Source: a virus (Duplodnaviria > Caudoviricetes). From it: a stretch of DNA of 30,752 nt. Position 1 is the first letter of the stretch. Every line of letters begins with the position of its first letter. Location of the stretch: IMG/VR virus record IMGVR_UViG_3300044676_000834, positions 1-30,752 of that record; one strand, written 5' to 3'. Below the pieces are notes generated by a model. The model saw only the letters and a list, made by a program, of their open reading frames with translations, ran no database searches and was not told the origin of the DNA. Below are positions 18,372 through 27,829 of this stretch, one piece after another. The position numbers and the translations under genes are program-made.

Positions 18372-19922
18372 TCACCTCGTTTCTTGTTGTATCAAATCCA
18401 ATAACAAACCTTGTAGTTTCTGCTTGTTCTTGAGCCGTTCATACATCCGATACTCAACTTCAGTACCCTCGATATGTACAACATTCGATACATGTTTCTT
18501 ACCAATTCGCTCAATCCGACCATTCGCTTGAACATATTGTTCGTTGCTTGTTACTGGCCCATACCAGACAACCGTAGATGCGGCAGTCAAAGTTAGCCCA
18601 TGAGCCATAGTCGCAGGATGAGCAACCAATACATGTGGGTCTTTAGCGTTCTGAAAGTTATGGAATATCTCGTTGCGTTTAGATGCGGATACCGCACCAT
18701 TTACAACACTGACAGTCCAGTTCTTCTTTAGCTCTCGTTCCAACATGTGCAATGTGCCTGTTAGTGGCACGAATATAATTACTTTACCTCCTACTTCATC
18801 AATCACCTCCTTCACAGCGTTTACTCTTGGGGCGCAATCAAGTTCTATGTTGCGACCATCATCCCCATAGGCCACACCACATGCTATCTGAACAAGTTTC
18901 TGTAACTTGACCGCCTCATTGACAGCGGTGATAGTGCCTTCTTCTGCCATCTCTGTGACAAAATGTCGCAACATCTTCTGATAGTGTTCCTTTTGTTCCT
19001 TCGTCAGTTCGACTTTGCGTGTCTGGAATACTGTGTCTGGCAGATCAAAGCACTCATCTCTGGTGTATCGAACCGCAGGTTGCAGTATATGTTTGACAGT
19101 CTCCACTGACTCTGGTCTTGGTATCCACTTCCATTGACCAATCTTCATCATCACTTGCTCTCTGAAAGCAGTGTATGTCTTGGTGCAGAAAGGGCTATCA
19201 ACTAGCTTTGCCAAAGCCCATGCGTCTGTCGGGTCATTCGGCGTGGGTGTGCCTGTCATCATCCACAAACGTGTTGTGGTGTTACGACCCATCCAACGCC
19301 TCAGGATTTTGAAACGGTTAGTCGATGGGTTGCGGTAGACAGCCGCCTCATCCACGATAACTAAATCGAATTTATCTTGTGCTTCGTCAGCAATGATAGG
19401 GAAGCCATCGTGGTTGATGATATAAAAGTCAGCTTCCGTATTGATTAGCTTCTTACGCTTGGCGGCAGTGCCGTGTAAGGTTATGCCTTTCCTGTGTGGG
19501 AAGCCCATGAATATACCGTCACCCCATACACGCTCAAGCGTAGACAATGGTGACACAATCAAACACTTCTTAACCGCACCCACTCCCATCAGGTAGTCAG
19601 CCGCCCATAGAGCAGACTGTGTTTTACCTGTGCCGATCTCATTCAAGACTAACGCCTTAGAGTTCATTGTCAGGAAAGCGGCAGTCATCTTCTGGTGTTC
19701 GTATGGTGTAAAGCGACCAACCCAATCGTAATAATACAGGATAGGCGCAGGTGCTTGGATGCCCAAGTTACGCAACACCTTCACCTCATCAAGACGATGC
19801 GGTGTAACAACCAACTCCTTACCCTTAAAGTTAAAGGTCTTCGCAGTCGGTATTGTATCCAATACTTTGTTTGGGTGTGTAAGGTTTAGTGCTAAAGCCT
19901 TTGCTTGTTCAACAACTATCAT
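18372..19922 (-). CDS. SNF2-family (SF2) helicase
   Basis: EIGTGKT, VIVDEAA, MTGTP, HGLTLT and QANGRIERIG motifs. Start at MIVVEQ gives an ATGA overlap with the VRR-NUC stop. Confidence 0.9.
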   Translation of the reverse strand: MIVVEQAKALALNLTHPNKVLDTIPTAKTFNFKGKELVVTPHRLDEVKVLRNLGIQAPAPILYYYDWVGRFTPYEHQKMTAAFLTMNSKALVLNEIGTGKTQSALWAADYLMGVGAVKKCLIVSPLSTLERVWGDGIFMGFPHRKGITLHGTAAKRKKLINTEADFYIINHDGFPIIADEAQDKFDLVIVDEAAVYRNPSTNRFKILRRWMGRNTTTRLWMMTGTPTPNDPTDAWALAKLVDSPFCTKTYTAFREQVMMKIGQWKWIPRPESVETVKHILQPAVRYTRDECFDLPDTVFQTRKVELTKEQKEHYQKMLRHFVTEMAEEGTITAVNEAVKLQKLVQIACGVAYGDDGRNIELDCAPRVNAVKEVIDEVGGKVIIFVPLTGTLHMLERELKKNWTVSVVNGAVSASKRNEIFHNFQNAKDPHVLVAHPATMAHGLTLTAASTVVWYGPVTSNEQYVQANGRIERIGKKHVSNVVHIEGTEVEYRMYERLKNKQKLQGLLLDLIQQETR

Positions 19923-20221
19923 CCTAACCACTCCCGAATAAATTGACGCACCTCATCAATGGTGTCAGCGTCATATACGAGAAAGCATTTGCCCCCTGCC
20001 ATCTCTATCTCCTTCATTGCTTTTACCTGTAGTGCTGTAGGCTTCTTTGTCTTGTCAGCCTTGCACTCAATACCGATAAATCTCCCACCTATAATCGCAA
20101 TCCTGTCTGGGATACCTGCTCTACCGAATGGCCCTGCTTGTGGACTAAAGAACCAGATACCTTCTTGCTTTAACATCATGTCTAGTTTGCGTTTTATTTT
20201 ACCTTCTGGGGTATTTGACAT
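19919..20221 (-). CDS. VRR-NUC family nuclease (resolvase-like), 100 aa
   Basis: PEGKIK…GIPD…IECK…PTALQ motif set. Confidence 0.85.
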   Translation of the reverse strand: MSNTPEGKIKRKLDMMLKQEGIWFFSPQAGPFGRAGIPDRIAIIGGRFIGIECKADKTKKPTALQVKAMKEIEMAGGKCFLVYDADTIDEVRQFIREWLG

Positions 20222-20242
20222 TATATTTACACACTTGTCAAG

Positions 20243-20902
20243 TTAGATTTGAGCGTAGTCACACATATCTTTTGCAGGACAGAACCGACATAACCCACTT
20301 GGTTTGGCAGGCCAGTTTTCATGCTCCGCAGATTGGTAGATACGGTTAATCCTAGACAGTAAGTTACTCCACATCTCGTCGGACTGCTCTCGACTGAACT
20401 CCTCAGAATCCATTGCCATGTCTTTGAGCCAGACGAATGAAGTCTTGATAGTCACGACCTCAGGGAAGTGCTTCCATACCTGCAAGGCAAACATCTCAAG
20501 CTGTGTAAAGTCTGGTCTTCGCTTGCCTGTCTTCCAGTCCACAACCACTGCCGTGTCACCCTTGAGTATCAAGACATCCAGTATGGATCGTAGCCATGCG
20601 TCACCCGCAAACCAACTTGTTGGTGTAAGGTTCTCGGTCAGGGTCAGTTGACGCTCTGCGTGTAACTCTCCACCCCTAGCCATGTTCTCCACAGTCTTGC
20701 AGATAACCTCATACTTCTCAGCCTCGACTGGTAGAGGCGTGTTGTTTACTAACCTCTGCTCCAAGAACTCGTGGATACGCTCACCATATTTACTGGCTTC
20801 GCCACCTGTATCCTGCACCTCCTTCGTTACTCGCTGATGGTAGTAACGCTTCGGGCAATTCTCATACAGCTTAATAGCTGAAAATGAATGTGCTAACTGC
20901 AT
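20243..20902 (-). CDS. Cas4/RecB-like PD-(D/E)XK exonuclease
   Basis: SFSAIKLYENCP, GERIH, ILD…VVDWKTG, QLEMF and C-terminal CRFCPAKDMC (1+3 Cys). A GGAGG RBS precedes MQLAH. Confidence 0.85.
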   Translation of the reverse strand: MQLAHSFSAIKLYENCPKRYYHQRVTKEVQDTGGEASKYGERIHEFLEQRLVNNTPLPVEAEKYEVICKTVENMARGGELHAERQLTLTENLTPTSWFAGDAWLRSILDVLILKGDTAVVVDWKTGKRRPDFTQLEMFALQVWKHFPEVVTIKTSFVWLKDMAMDSEEFSREQSDEMWSNLLSRINRIYQSAEHENWPAKPSGLCRFCPAKDMCDYAQI

Positions 20903-20956
20903 TTGACCTCCATAGGTAAGCACCGTAAGGGCGGTGTTCGCCACTCACGGTAAGGT

Positions 20957-22831
20957 TTACTTTGCATCACCATAGTTATACCCCACGCCAGACTCGCAAG
21001 CAACAGGTAAGTCCTGCGCCCAACGAGGCGGCTTCGACATTTGTCTCTCAACAAATTCTCGTGCGATTGTCTGCTCTGTTTCCAGGGCCGTGATGATTAC
21101 TTCGTCATGTACTTGAAACGCTACATGATATGACTGTCCGATTGCCGCCATCTGCTCGGCTACTACAATCCTAGCAAGGGCTTGAACAATGTTCTCTGTT
21201 ACTTTGCCACCGTAGATGCGTGTCCAGTCAACCTTCACATCTCCACCAGACATCACGCGCAGTTGCGCTAACTTACGGTAGGTTCGGGCATCGTTAATAT
21301 ACTCAAACCCATCTGGTGTCTGTCGCAGTGCATGGTATTTAATACGCATACCATTTGGTAACAGTATACCCTCGTTGTCGTAGGGCAGTAGGTCAGTTAT
21401 GTTTCCACTCCCACCTGCCACCATACCTGTAAGGGCGTGTCCGCACCTGTTCCATAGCGATACAATCTTGTGGTTCTTCTGGCGATACAGCCTTACAATA
21501 CGCTCGGCTTCGTTCTCATCAACATCAACAGAGATACCACCTTGACCAAGTGCCAGAGTATTGCGGAACTTTACCGCACCCATTCCGTAGCCAAGCCCCA
21601 AGATACAGGTCTTGCCAACAAAGCGTTCTATCTTGTCAGCCTTAGTGACCTTGCGTCCGTAGACCTCAGAGGCGAACTCACTATATACATCTCGCCCTTC
21701 TCGGAAGGCTTGCACCAAGTCATCCTGTCCTGCAATGTAGGCAACCATCCTCGCTTCAATCTGTGATGAGTCACAAGCTATCATCACCTCACCGATTGGC
21801 GCAGTAAGCGCAGTGCGTATAGCACCGTTGCGTGGTAGGTTCTGTAGGTTCAGCTTGTCTCCACCAGAAAATCTTCCTGTGTGTGCGCCATAGTAGTTAA
21901 GCATGATGGGCAAAGCACCACGATCCGCAACCTTCATCAAGTTTTCTGTGCGTGTTTCTTCGATGGTAGACTTAGTGCCAAGCCTTGCCGCCACTAGGTT
22001 CTGAACTCTAGGGTCAGGGTGTTCAAGCAGTGCTGTAAACTCCTTGTCAGTCTTGGCAAAAGCGAAAGTCTCCTTGCCTGTTCTAAGACTAACCTTCATA
22101 GGCGGTTCTACACCTACCGTTTGCAGTAGCCTTGCAAAGATTTGATTAGACATCAGTGCTTTCTTAACCTTCTCCTCACTCAAACCTTTGAGGGATAGGT
22201 CTTGTATCAGCTTCTGCTTGTCGTCTTTAACTTTCTGCAAGTGCTGTGCAAGCACATCCGTGTCGAGGCATATAGTCGGCTCGGTATACATCCGTATCGT
22301 CTGGTCAATGACCATCAACTCCGATACTGGGAAGCCTTTCTTTAGCTTTTTGAATAGCTCATAGGTAAGGTCAGCATCGTTGACGCAGTAAGAAGCATAC
22401 CTGTCAAGTTCTTCTGGTGTGAAGTCCTTGCGGTGCTTACCCATGTTGTTGAATACTTCGTCACCCTTCTGCCCTAGCTTGTAATGAGAAGCGAGTGCCT
22501 TTAGTGAACCCCCAACAGTGGCATTGTGATAGGGTCTTGCCATAGACAGGGTATCGAACCAGAACTTAGGCTTGATACCGTAGTGCCATGACAAGATAGC
22601 CCCATCAAATGCGGTGTTGTGGGCAAGTATCGCCTTGTCAGAATAGTCTAACGAGTTAAGAAACTTACCCACATCACTACCACTATACCAATCGGTTGGA
22701 TAGTCGTTCACCTTGACGCATACACCTATCACCTCAAAGCGAGGGTCACGAACATAGGCTTCAGTCGTCATCTTAGACAACGAATATTGCCTGTCGTAAT
22801 AGGTTTCAAAGTCAATGGTTACGATGTCCAT
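20957..22831 (-). CDS. polA: Family A DNA polymerase with a 3'-5' exonuclease domain, Leu762 type, 624 aa
   Basis: Exonuclease motifs IDFETY, AHNTAFD and YCVND; HTGRFSG; motif A DSSQIEAR; motif B RFVGKTCILGLGYG; motif C VHDE. Confidence 0.95.
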   Translation of the reverse strand: MDIVTIDFETYYDRQYSLSKMTTEAYVRDPRFEVIGVCVKVNDYPTDWYSGSDVGKFLNSLDYSDKAILAHNTAFDGAILSWHYGIKPKFWFDTLSMARPYHNATVGGSLKALASHYKLGQKGDEVFNNMGKHRKDFTPEELDRYASYCVNDADLTYELFKKLKKGFPVSELMVIDQTIRMYTEPTICLDTDVLAQHLQKVKDDKQKLIQDLSLKGLSEEKVKKALMSNQIFARLLQTVGVEPPMKVSLRTGKETFAFAKTDKEFTALLEHPDPRVQNLVAARLGTKSTIEETRTENLMKVADRGALPIMLNYYGAHTGRFSGGDKLNLQNLPRNGAIRTALTAPIGEVMIACDSSQIEARMVAYIAGQDDLVQAFREGRDVYSEFASEVYGRKVTKADKIERFVGKTCILGLGYGMGAVKFRNTLALGQGGISVDVDENEAERIVRLYRQKNHKIVSLWNRCGHALTGMVAGGSGNITDLLPYDNEGILLPNGMRIKYHALRQTPDGFEYINDARTYRKLAQLRVMSGGDVKVDWTRIYGGKVTENIVQALARIVVAEQMAAIGQSYHVAFQVHDEVIITALETEQTIAREFVERQMSKPPRWAQDLPVACESGVGYNYGDAK

Positions 22832-22833
22832 AC

Positions 22834-23301
22834 CTACCGACCCTCTGCCAATTCACCTGCTAGTGCAATGTAACCTGCCGCATCACGATAGTTATCCATG
22901 CGGTCAGGGTTCTGTGCTGACCTAGCCACCTTGAGTAGGGTCATCATCACAGGGATGTCAGTAGGTAAGATACCCATCTGCTCTGGTAAGTCTAGGTGAG
23001 CGTTCCAATACCTAGCAATTCTTACGGCATTGGTTTCAAAATCACCATGTTCTACTTCCCTGTCGCCGTCCACCAGTGTGCTAGCTTGTGACAACAAGTT
23101 TACACGAGTGCGTTGTTTGGGTTGCACGGTCTGCACACTTTGTTCAAGCACTTTTTTCGGTGTGCCTATCTTAGCTTTGAGGTTATACACATACTTAGCT
23201 GTGCATCCACAAGCCTTCGCCACATCGTTAGGCTTAGCACTAGGGTTCTTGAGAAGGTATGCCCACACCTTCTCCGCTTTGGTTTTCTTCGGTCTTGCCA
23301 T
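22834..23301 (-). CDS. N-terminal HTH fused to a DUF6378-like domain
   Basis: HTH-like KVWAYLLKNPSAKPNDVAKACGCTAKYVY; C-terminal DGDREVEHG…N…IA..W…MMTLLKVAR…DNYRDAAGY. A GGAGG RBS precedes MARPKK. Confidence 0.7.
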   Translation of the reverse strand: MARPKKTKAEKVWAYLLKNPSAKPNDVAKACGCTAKYVYNLKAKIGTPKKVLEQSVQTVQPKQRTRVNLLSQASTLVDGDREVEHGDFETNAVRIARYWNAHLDLPEQMGILPTDIPVMMTLLKVARSAQNPDRMDNYRDAAGYIALAGELAEGR

Positions 23302-23410
23302 CTCTTTTACCTCCAAAGATGATTGTTAACTTGTCCTTAGTTTCACTTATAATCTCCCACTCATAAGGACATTGAGTGAGCCATTCATAAAAATCATCAT
23401 CCAGTTTCAT
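23240..23410 (-). CDS. Small hypothetical protein (MKLDDDFYEWLTQCP…), 56 aa
   Basis: Fills the gap between flanking genes; G-rich RBS; overlaps the downstream gene by 62 nt. Confidence 0.5.
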   Translation of the reverse strand: MKLDDDFYEWLTQCPYEWEIISETKDKLTIIFGGKRDGKTEENQSGEGVGIPSQEP

Positions 23411-23882
23411 CACCCCCTTGTAAAGTATACACTGCCACGCCTTTACCACAGTGTAAAGAATATTCGTTAGCGACAGCCACAGCTTGAGCCGCAGTAGCCC
23501 CCATACCTAACGCTCCCATTGCATATTCTTTACCGTGTCCAAAGGCCATCGGTGCTTGTAACCTTACAGGTGAGTAAGTTGCCTTGCTTTCGTGTCCATG
23601 AAAGCCTTCGTAAACACACAGCCCTTCGTCATCTACAACGATTAACTGCGCCATTGATGGTGCAATATCCATGTCGTGTCTGGCTTGCCAGTTACACCCA
23701 CCGACAAACCAGTCTTTCAACTGGATGATGTATCCTAGTATTCCAACACCTGAGACTATACAAATCTTACCAGTCTCAGGGTGCGTAACATACCAAGCCT
23801 TGTCTGACTCCCACTTCATAGAGCCATCGTTAGCTTGTCTATCTGTAGCGAGTGACTCGCCATCCCATACAATCACTGTCAT
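23397..23882 (-). CDS. HslV / proteasome-beta-like Ntn hydrolase, 161 aa
   Basis: N-terminal M-T-V-I-V-W-D-G…LATDRQ with Thr as candidate nucleophile; AFGHG…AMGALGMGATAAQAVAVA…CG pattern. Confidence 0.75.
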   Translation of the reverse strand: MTVIVWDGESLATDRQANDGSMKWESDKAWYVTHPETGKICIVSGVGILGYIIQLKDWFVGGCNWQARHDMDIAPSMAQLIVVDDEGLCVYEGFHGHESKATYSPVRLQAPMAFGHGKEYAMGALGMGATAAQAVAVANEYSLHCGKGVAVYTLQGGDETG

Positions 23883-24091
23883 TCTTCACTCCTATGCCAT
23901 GAGTCTGTATGAAGCCATCCCCTCATGGGATACCAAAGCGAAACCCCTTGATATAACTCGCACTTCTTATTGACGCATTGCCTGATACTAAAGGCTTTCA
24001 TGTGTTTGAATGGGCCTCTACCCCAATGCGTATGCTTGGTCATCTCACCGCACCTAGTGCAGTCTGGGTGTTTCGCTTTGATAAACTTCAT
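23879..24091 (-). CDS. Small Cys/His protein (CTRC…CVNKKC), possible Zn ribbon, 70 aa
   Basis: Coupled to both neighbours by TAATG and ATGA overlaps. Confidence 0.6.
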   Translation of the reverse strand: MKFIKAKHPDCTRCGEMTKHTHWGRGPFKHMKAFSIRQCVNKKCELYQGVSLWYPMRGWLHTDSWHRSEE

Positions 24092-24987
24092 TACTTCTCT
24101 GACTCGAATACATCAAACCGTCTACGCAGTTCGATACTGTTGTTGTTACAAACATAGTCTAGGGCTTTGAGAACATCCTTACCCTCAGGCTTGTTACTCA
24201 TGTAGTAGCCTGTCGATGTCGTCTGAGCCAGACCTTTGAGAAGTTCTTGTGGGAACTCGTTGTGGCGGATGCCATGTTCGAGCAAGTCTAGCCATTGCTT
24301 TGACTCCCACTGTGGCTGTCGCCAATCCCATCGGCTAGTCTGGTTGCGCTCTGACCACATCTCATCAATGATGCCATCGAAAGCGTGAACTCTGACACGA
24401 GCCTTGATACCACGCTTGAACTTAGCCAATGCTCTGCGCCATTCTTTGCGTTCCTCTGGTTTCTCAACTAGCTTGTCGTCAGGACGAGGATTTAGACAAG
24501 TGCCATCGACAATATCAAACTCGATACCTTGAAAGTAACTAGGCATCTCACGCATTGTCGGGGTGTATTGTCTGTAGTGTGCATAGGTGTGACCGTAGTA
24601 TGGGTCACTCTCCCCTGCCTTGTTAGCCTCATGTTTCTTGGCGCACTCTGCAATCACTTGCTTTGTGTGACCGATACGATACAGACCCTTGCGGTGTCGC
24701 ATCATTGTGAACGGTAACCAACGGTGTAACGAGGACACTAAGGTCTGAGCCTGACCGTATACAGACTCGGCAGGGGCAACAAACGACAACCTGTTGTCAG
24801 GCGACAGCCGACATAAATCGACTGTGCCATAGCCTGTCATCTTGAACAGGAAGTCATCACCTTCCTTGAACATTCTAAGCCAACCAGTTACAGGCTTACC
24901 CTTTGCAGGGCTACGCACCTTAGACCAGAGACTATCTGCCTGTTGATAGTTTAGGATGGTGCGATGTTGTGGTTCTAACCAACTCAT
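24091..24987 (-). CDS. Hypothetical protein, 298 aa
   Basis: TAAGGAG RBS; long ORF within the operon; no motif recognised. Confidence 0.8.
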   Translation of the reverse strand: MSWLEPQHRTILNYQQADSLWSKVRSPAKGKPVTGWLRMFKEGDDFLFKMTGYGTVDLCRLSPDNRLSFVAPAESVYGQAQTLVSSLHRWLPFTMMRHRKGLYRIGHTKQVIAECAKKHEANKAGESDPYYGHTYAHYRQYTPTMREMPSYFQGIEFDIVDGTCLNPRPDDKLVEKPEERKEWRRALAKFKRGIKARVRVHAFDGIIDEMWSERNQTSRWDWRQPQWESKQWLDLLEHGIRHNEFPQELLKGLAQTTSTGYYMSNKPEGKDVLKALDYVCNNNSIELRRRFDVFESEK

Positions 24988-24997
24988 TATTAACTCC

Positions 24998-25675
24998 TTA
25001 TCGTGTCAGTTTGGAAAAAGTTACAGCCGCAGTCATGCTGTTGAGATCAACACCAATCTGATCGGTGTCTTTCTTCTTACGCTCGACAATCTTCTTGTGT
25101 CGCTCTTTGGTGTCATCGTCTAGCAAATCCCATAGAGCAGGCCATGCTTTGAGTGCAGGGGCTAGCGTGGAATAGGTTTCCATGAGTTTGTTTATGCCCT
25201 CAAGGAAAGACTCTTGCTTAGACTCCTGCTCGAATATGCCACGCACATACTCTTTGAACTCAGGGATAAGCCATGCCCAACGACTATCGTTGTAGTCAGC
25301 AGTGCCTTGCCGCCAGTTAAACTTGAAGCCTGTAACGGACTCATCTAGTTTACTAGGCCAACGCATAGTCTTACTAAATGTCAGCCTTACCTCGTCACAT
25401 TTGTATGCGCTTTGCTTGTGTGATGCAGTCTGGAACACATCCTCTGGTGCATTGTGAAAACCAGAGAAGTCAAAGTTATCTTTGGTTTCCATTGCATAGT
25501 CAGGCAGTGCATTGAACTTAGCAATGTCATCAGCAGGAAAGAAGGACTGATAGAACTTATCAGCCCAGTGCGAAGGCACATTCGCCTTAGCCTTGTCGAT
25601 GTTATCTCTGAACATCAACTTAGCATTGGTGCGGATTGTGTCTTTAAGTGTGTCGGAAAATCTTACAGTAGCCAT
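24998..25675 (-). CDS. Nmad5-like protein (nucleotide modification associated domain 5), 225 aa
   Basis: GGAGGT RBS; C-terminal STLAPALKAWPALWDLL resembles the T(L/V)xxLxxxWPE signature of Nmad5. Confidence 0.5.
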   Translation of the reverse strand: MATVRFSDTLKDTIRTNAKLMFRDNIDKAKANVPSHWADKFYQSFFPADDIAKFNALPDYAMETKDNFDFSGFHNAPEDVFQTASHKQSAYKCDEVRLTFSKTMRWPSKLDESVTGFKFNWRQGTADYNDSRWAWLIPEFKEYVRGIFEQESKQESFLEGINKLMETYSTLAPALKAWPALWDLLDDDTKERHKKIVERKKKDTDQIGVDLNSMTAAVTFSKLTR

Positions 25676-25677
25676 TG

Positions 25678-26775
25678 TTATACCTCCATCTTTACTACTT
25701 CACCGAATGGTGCTTCATCACTGTGAGTAGATACCCACAGCACAGGATATTCTGGTGCGTCACCGAAGTCGTTACAGCACAGGTCAGTCAGGAACACACA
25801 AGCGACAGGGTTAATATCCTTGTCACGCATGAACTGAAAGACTGGACTGAACGCAGTGCCACCACCGCCATGTGGTTTGATTACAGGTGCTTCACCCTGC
25901 TCATACTCATCATAGTGGGATACTTCAGAGTCGAAGTAGATGATGTGTAACTTGAGAGGATGATGGTCTTGCTGAACCTTGACAATCTCTGCGGCATACT
26001 GGTTGATTTCATCTTGCCCAATCGAACCAGAGCAGTCCACACAGAACGCCATCTCACCAAGAGCCTCGCCTGTAATACTTGGCAGATACATACCTTGCTG
26101 TATGAACCTGCGGTTAGGTCTTGCAAATGAACGGTCATCAGTGCGTTGCTTGATGACAAAGTTCTGAAGCACATCAGCCCAATGAACCTTAGGCTGTAGT
26201 ATTTCATCGACCATACGCTCAAGACCTGCACTCATCTTGCCCATCATCTTGGCGGCTTGTGCCGCTTGAGCAACCTTTACCTTCCACTCTGCCGCCTGTT
26301 GTTCTAGTTCGGCAGGTGAACCCTCGCCATCTTGACAGTCATCAAGTGGGTCATTGTCACCGTCTTGAGTATCGGGCAGGATATTGTAGATGCCATCACT
26401 TGTGCCGTTACCTGCATTGTAAATGTCATCACTGAGCAGACCACAGTCAGGCATCTTGCCAATGTGTTCGTCTACCAACAGTTTGTTGATGACATAATCT
26501 GCCGCTTGATTCCACTTACGAGGGTCACGGCTTTGTCTGCGGAAGTTATGCTCCAACATAGGGTGCATACATTCGTGAGCGATGAGGAACTTTAACTCCT
26601 CATCATTCAACGCTTCACAGAACTCAGGATTAAAGACGACCTGCTTGCCGTTAGTTGCGGCAGTAGGAACATCTTCACATATCTTGAACGGCATATTCAT
26701 GGCGACATTGCCGATGAATGGATGCTCAAGAACCAATGCAGTCTTGGCTTTGCTGAGTCGTTTAGTCAATTCCAT
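25678..26775 (-). CDS. DUF2201-type metallopeptidase-vWA protein
   Basis: PTAATNG, IAHECMHPMLEH (HExxH), WNQAADYVIN; vWA MIDAS VDCSGS, GGGGTAF, FLTD. An AGGAGG RBS precedes MELTKR. Confidence 0.85.
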   Translation of the reverse strand: MELTKRLSKAKTALVLEHPFIGNVAMNMPFKICEDVPTAATNGKQVVFNPEFCEALNDEELKFLIAHECMHPMLEHNFRRQSRDPRKWNQAADYVINKLLVDEHIGKMPDCGLLSDDIYNAGNGTSDGIYNILPDTQDGDNDPLDDCQDGEGSPAELEQQAAEWKVKVAQAAQAAKMMGKMSAGLERMVDEILQPKVHWADVLQNFVIKQRTDDRSFARPNRRFIQQGMYLPSITGEALGEMAFCVDCSGSIGQDEINQYAAEIVKVQQDHHPLKLHIIYFDSEVSHYDEYEQGEAPVIKPHGGGGTAFSPVFQFMRDKDINPVACVFLTDLCCNDFGDAPEYPVLWVSTHSDEAPFGEVVKMEV

Positions 26776-26965
26776 TGTCATCCTCCTGTGATTCTTTGAT
26801 GTCCTTATCAATCTCGGCTAGCAAACTAAGCGCAGTGCCATGCGGTATATACTCAAGCACTAAGTCAATGAGTAAGTGCATAGGCATCTCGTGCATACGG
26901 TCATGCCAGACATCCATAGCAGACTTGCGTGTCTCCCATAGGGTTTCGATTTCATCTAAGGTCAT
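26762..26965 (-). CDS. Small acidic hypothetical protein, 67 aa
   Basis: GGGGAG RBS; TAATG overlap with the upstream gene. Confidence 0.65.
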   Translation of the reverse strand: MTLDEIETLWETRKSAMDVWHDRMHEMPMHLLIDLVLEYIPHGTALSLLAEIDKDIKESQEDDNGID

Positions 26966-27816
26966 TAGTTACTCCCCATAAATGCACCCATACGCTTCAT
27001 AATATCGTTGGCTTCAGCCGCTTTGTTACGGCGTAAGTCAGGGTCATTACGAAGTGCATCGGGGTGGTGTTTAGTCAGCGACTGCTCCACCTCAAGACGC
27101 ATAGCCTCAAGGTTAGGATCATCAGTGAAGTTCAGTCTCGACAGGACAGAACATATTTCTCTGGTATTCTCGACCAGAGTGTCACGGAATACAGCCGCAG
27201 GGTCAGCAAGTTTCTCAGCCATGTGCTGAACTCGCTCATGCAGTCGCTTCCATGCCTCATCCATTGCACTCTGAGCCGCGTCTTGAACTCGTGCTTCAAC
27301 ATCGGAAGTGATACGAGCAAGTTCCTCATCGGCAATATCGACACGGAAGTCACCGCTAGGCACAGGCATAATCGCCATGTCCATGTTGAACTTGGAAGCA
27401 ATCTCATCTTTGGATGGATAGTCCGTGTCACTGTATAGATTGCCTAGCAATCGCTGAGCGTCATACTTGAGCGACTCATACTCAGCCAAGAACTGATTGA
27501 CAATCATCTGCCATTCATACTTTTCCTTGCGGAACTCATTCATAAAGGCAAGATAGTTTGCGCTTGGCAATATCTGAGTGCCATCAATACCCCACGGCAG
27601 GGTATTGGCGTAGTATTTCTTGCGGATAAGCGTAGACTTCTGGTGAACATTAGCCAGAAAGTCATTCATGGGAAGCAGAGACTTGTTGTATCTACCTGCC
27701 GCATTGACCGCAGAGTTTGCAGAGGCCACCTGTTCGGTGGCTCTCTTGTCGTATTTACGAGCAGTCCATTGTGAGATGGATAACTGCACGAGTAATGCTT
27801 TGTCTGATAGTTTCAT
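26965..27816 (-). CDS. DUF3150-like alpha-helical protein, 283 aa
   Basis: GGAGGT RBS before MKLSDKALLVQLSISQWTARK; TLPW…G, YPSKDEI..KF and LNFTDDP motifs; sits between the AAA+ and vWA genes. Confidence 0.6.
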   Translation of the reverse strand: MKLSDKALLVQLSISQWTARKYDKRATEQVASANSAVNAAGRYNKSLLPMNDFLANVHQKSTLIRKKYYANTLPWGIDGTQILPSANYLAFMNEFRKEKYEWQMIVNQFLAEYESLKYDAQRLLGNLYSDTDYPSKDEIASKFNMDMAIMPVPSGDFRVDIADEELARITSDVEARVQDAAQSAMDEAWKRLHERVQHMAEKLADPAAVFRDTLVENTREICSVLSRLNFTDDPNLEAMRLEVEQSLTKHHPDALRNDPDLRRNKAAEANDIMKRMGAFMGSN

Positions 27817-27829
27817 AGTTACCTCCGTA

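Noticed and set aside
20220-20241. TTGACA…TATAAT as a sigma70 promoter
   Set aside because: The spacer is only 10 nt; kept only as a palindrome finding.
20243-20902. Cas4-like nuclease as a sign of a CRISPR system
   Set aside because: No repeat-spacer array or other cas genes are present; such nucleases are routine in phage replication modules.
20912-20945. Possible hairpin between polA and the exonuclease gene
   Set aside because: Only a 5-bp contiguous stem (CACCG/CGGTG) and no U-tract.
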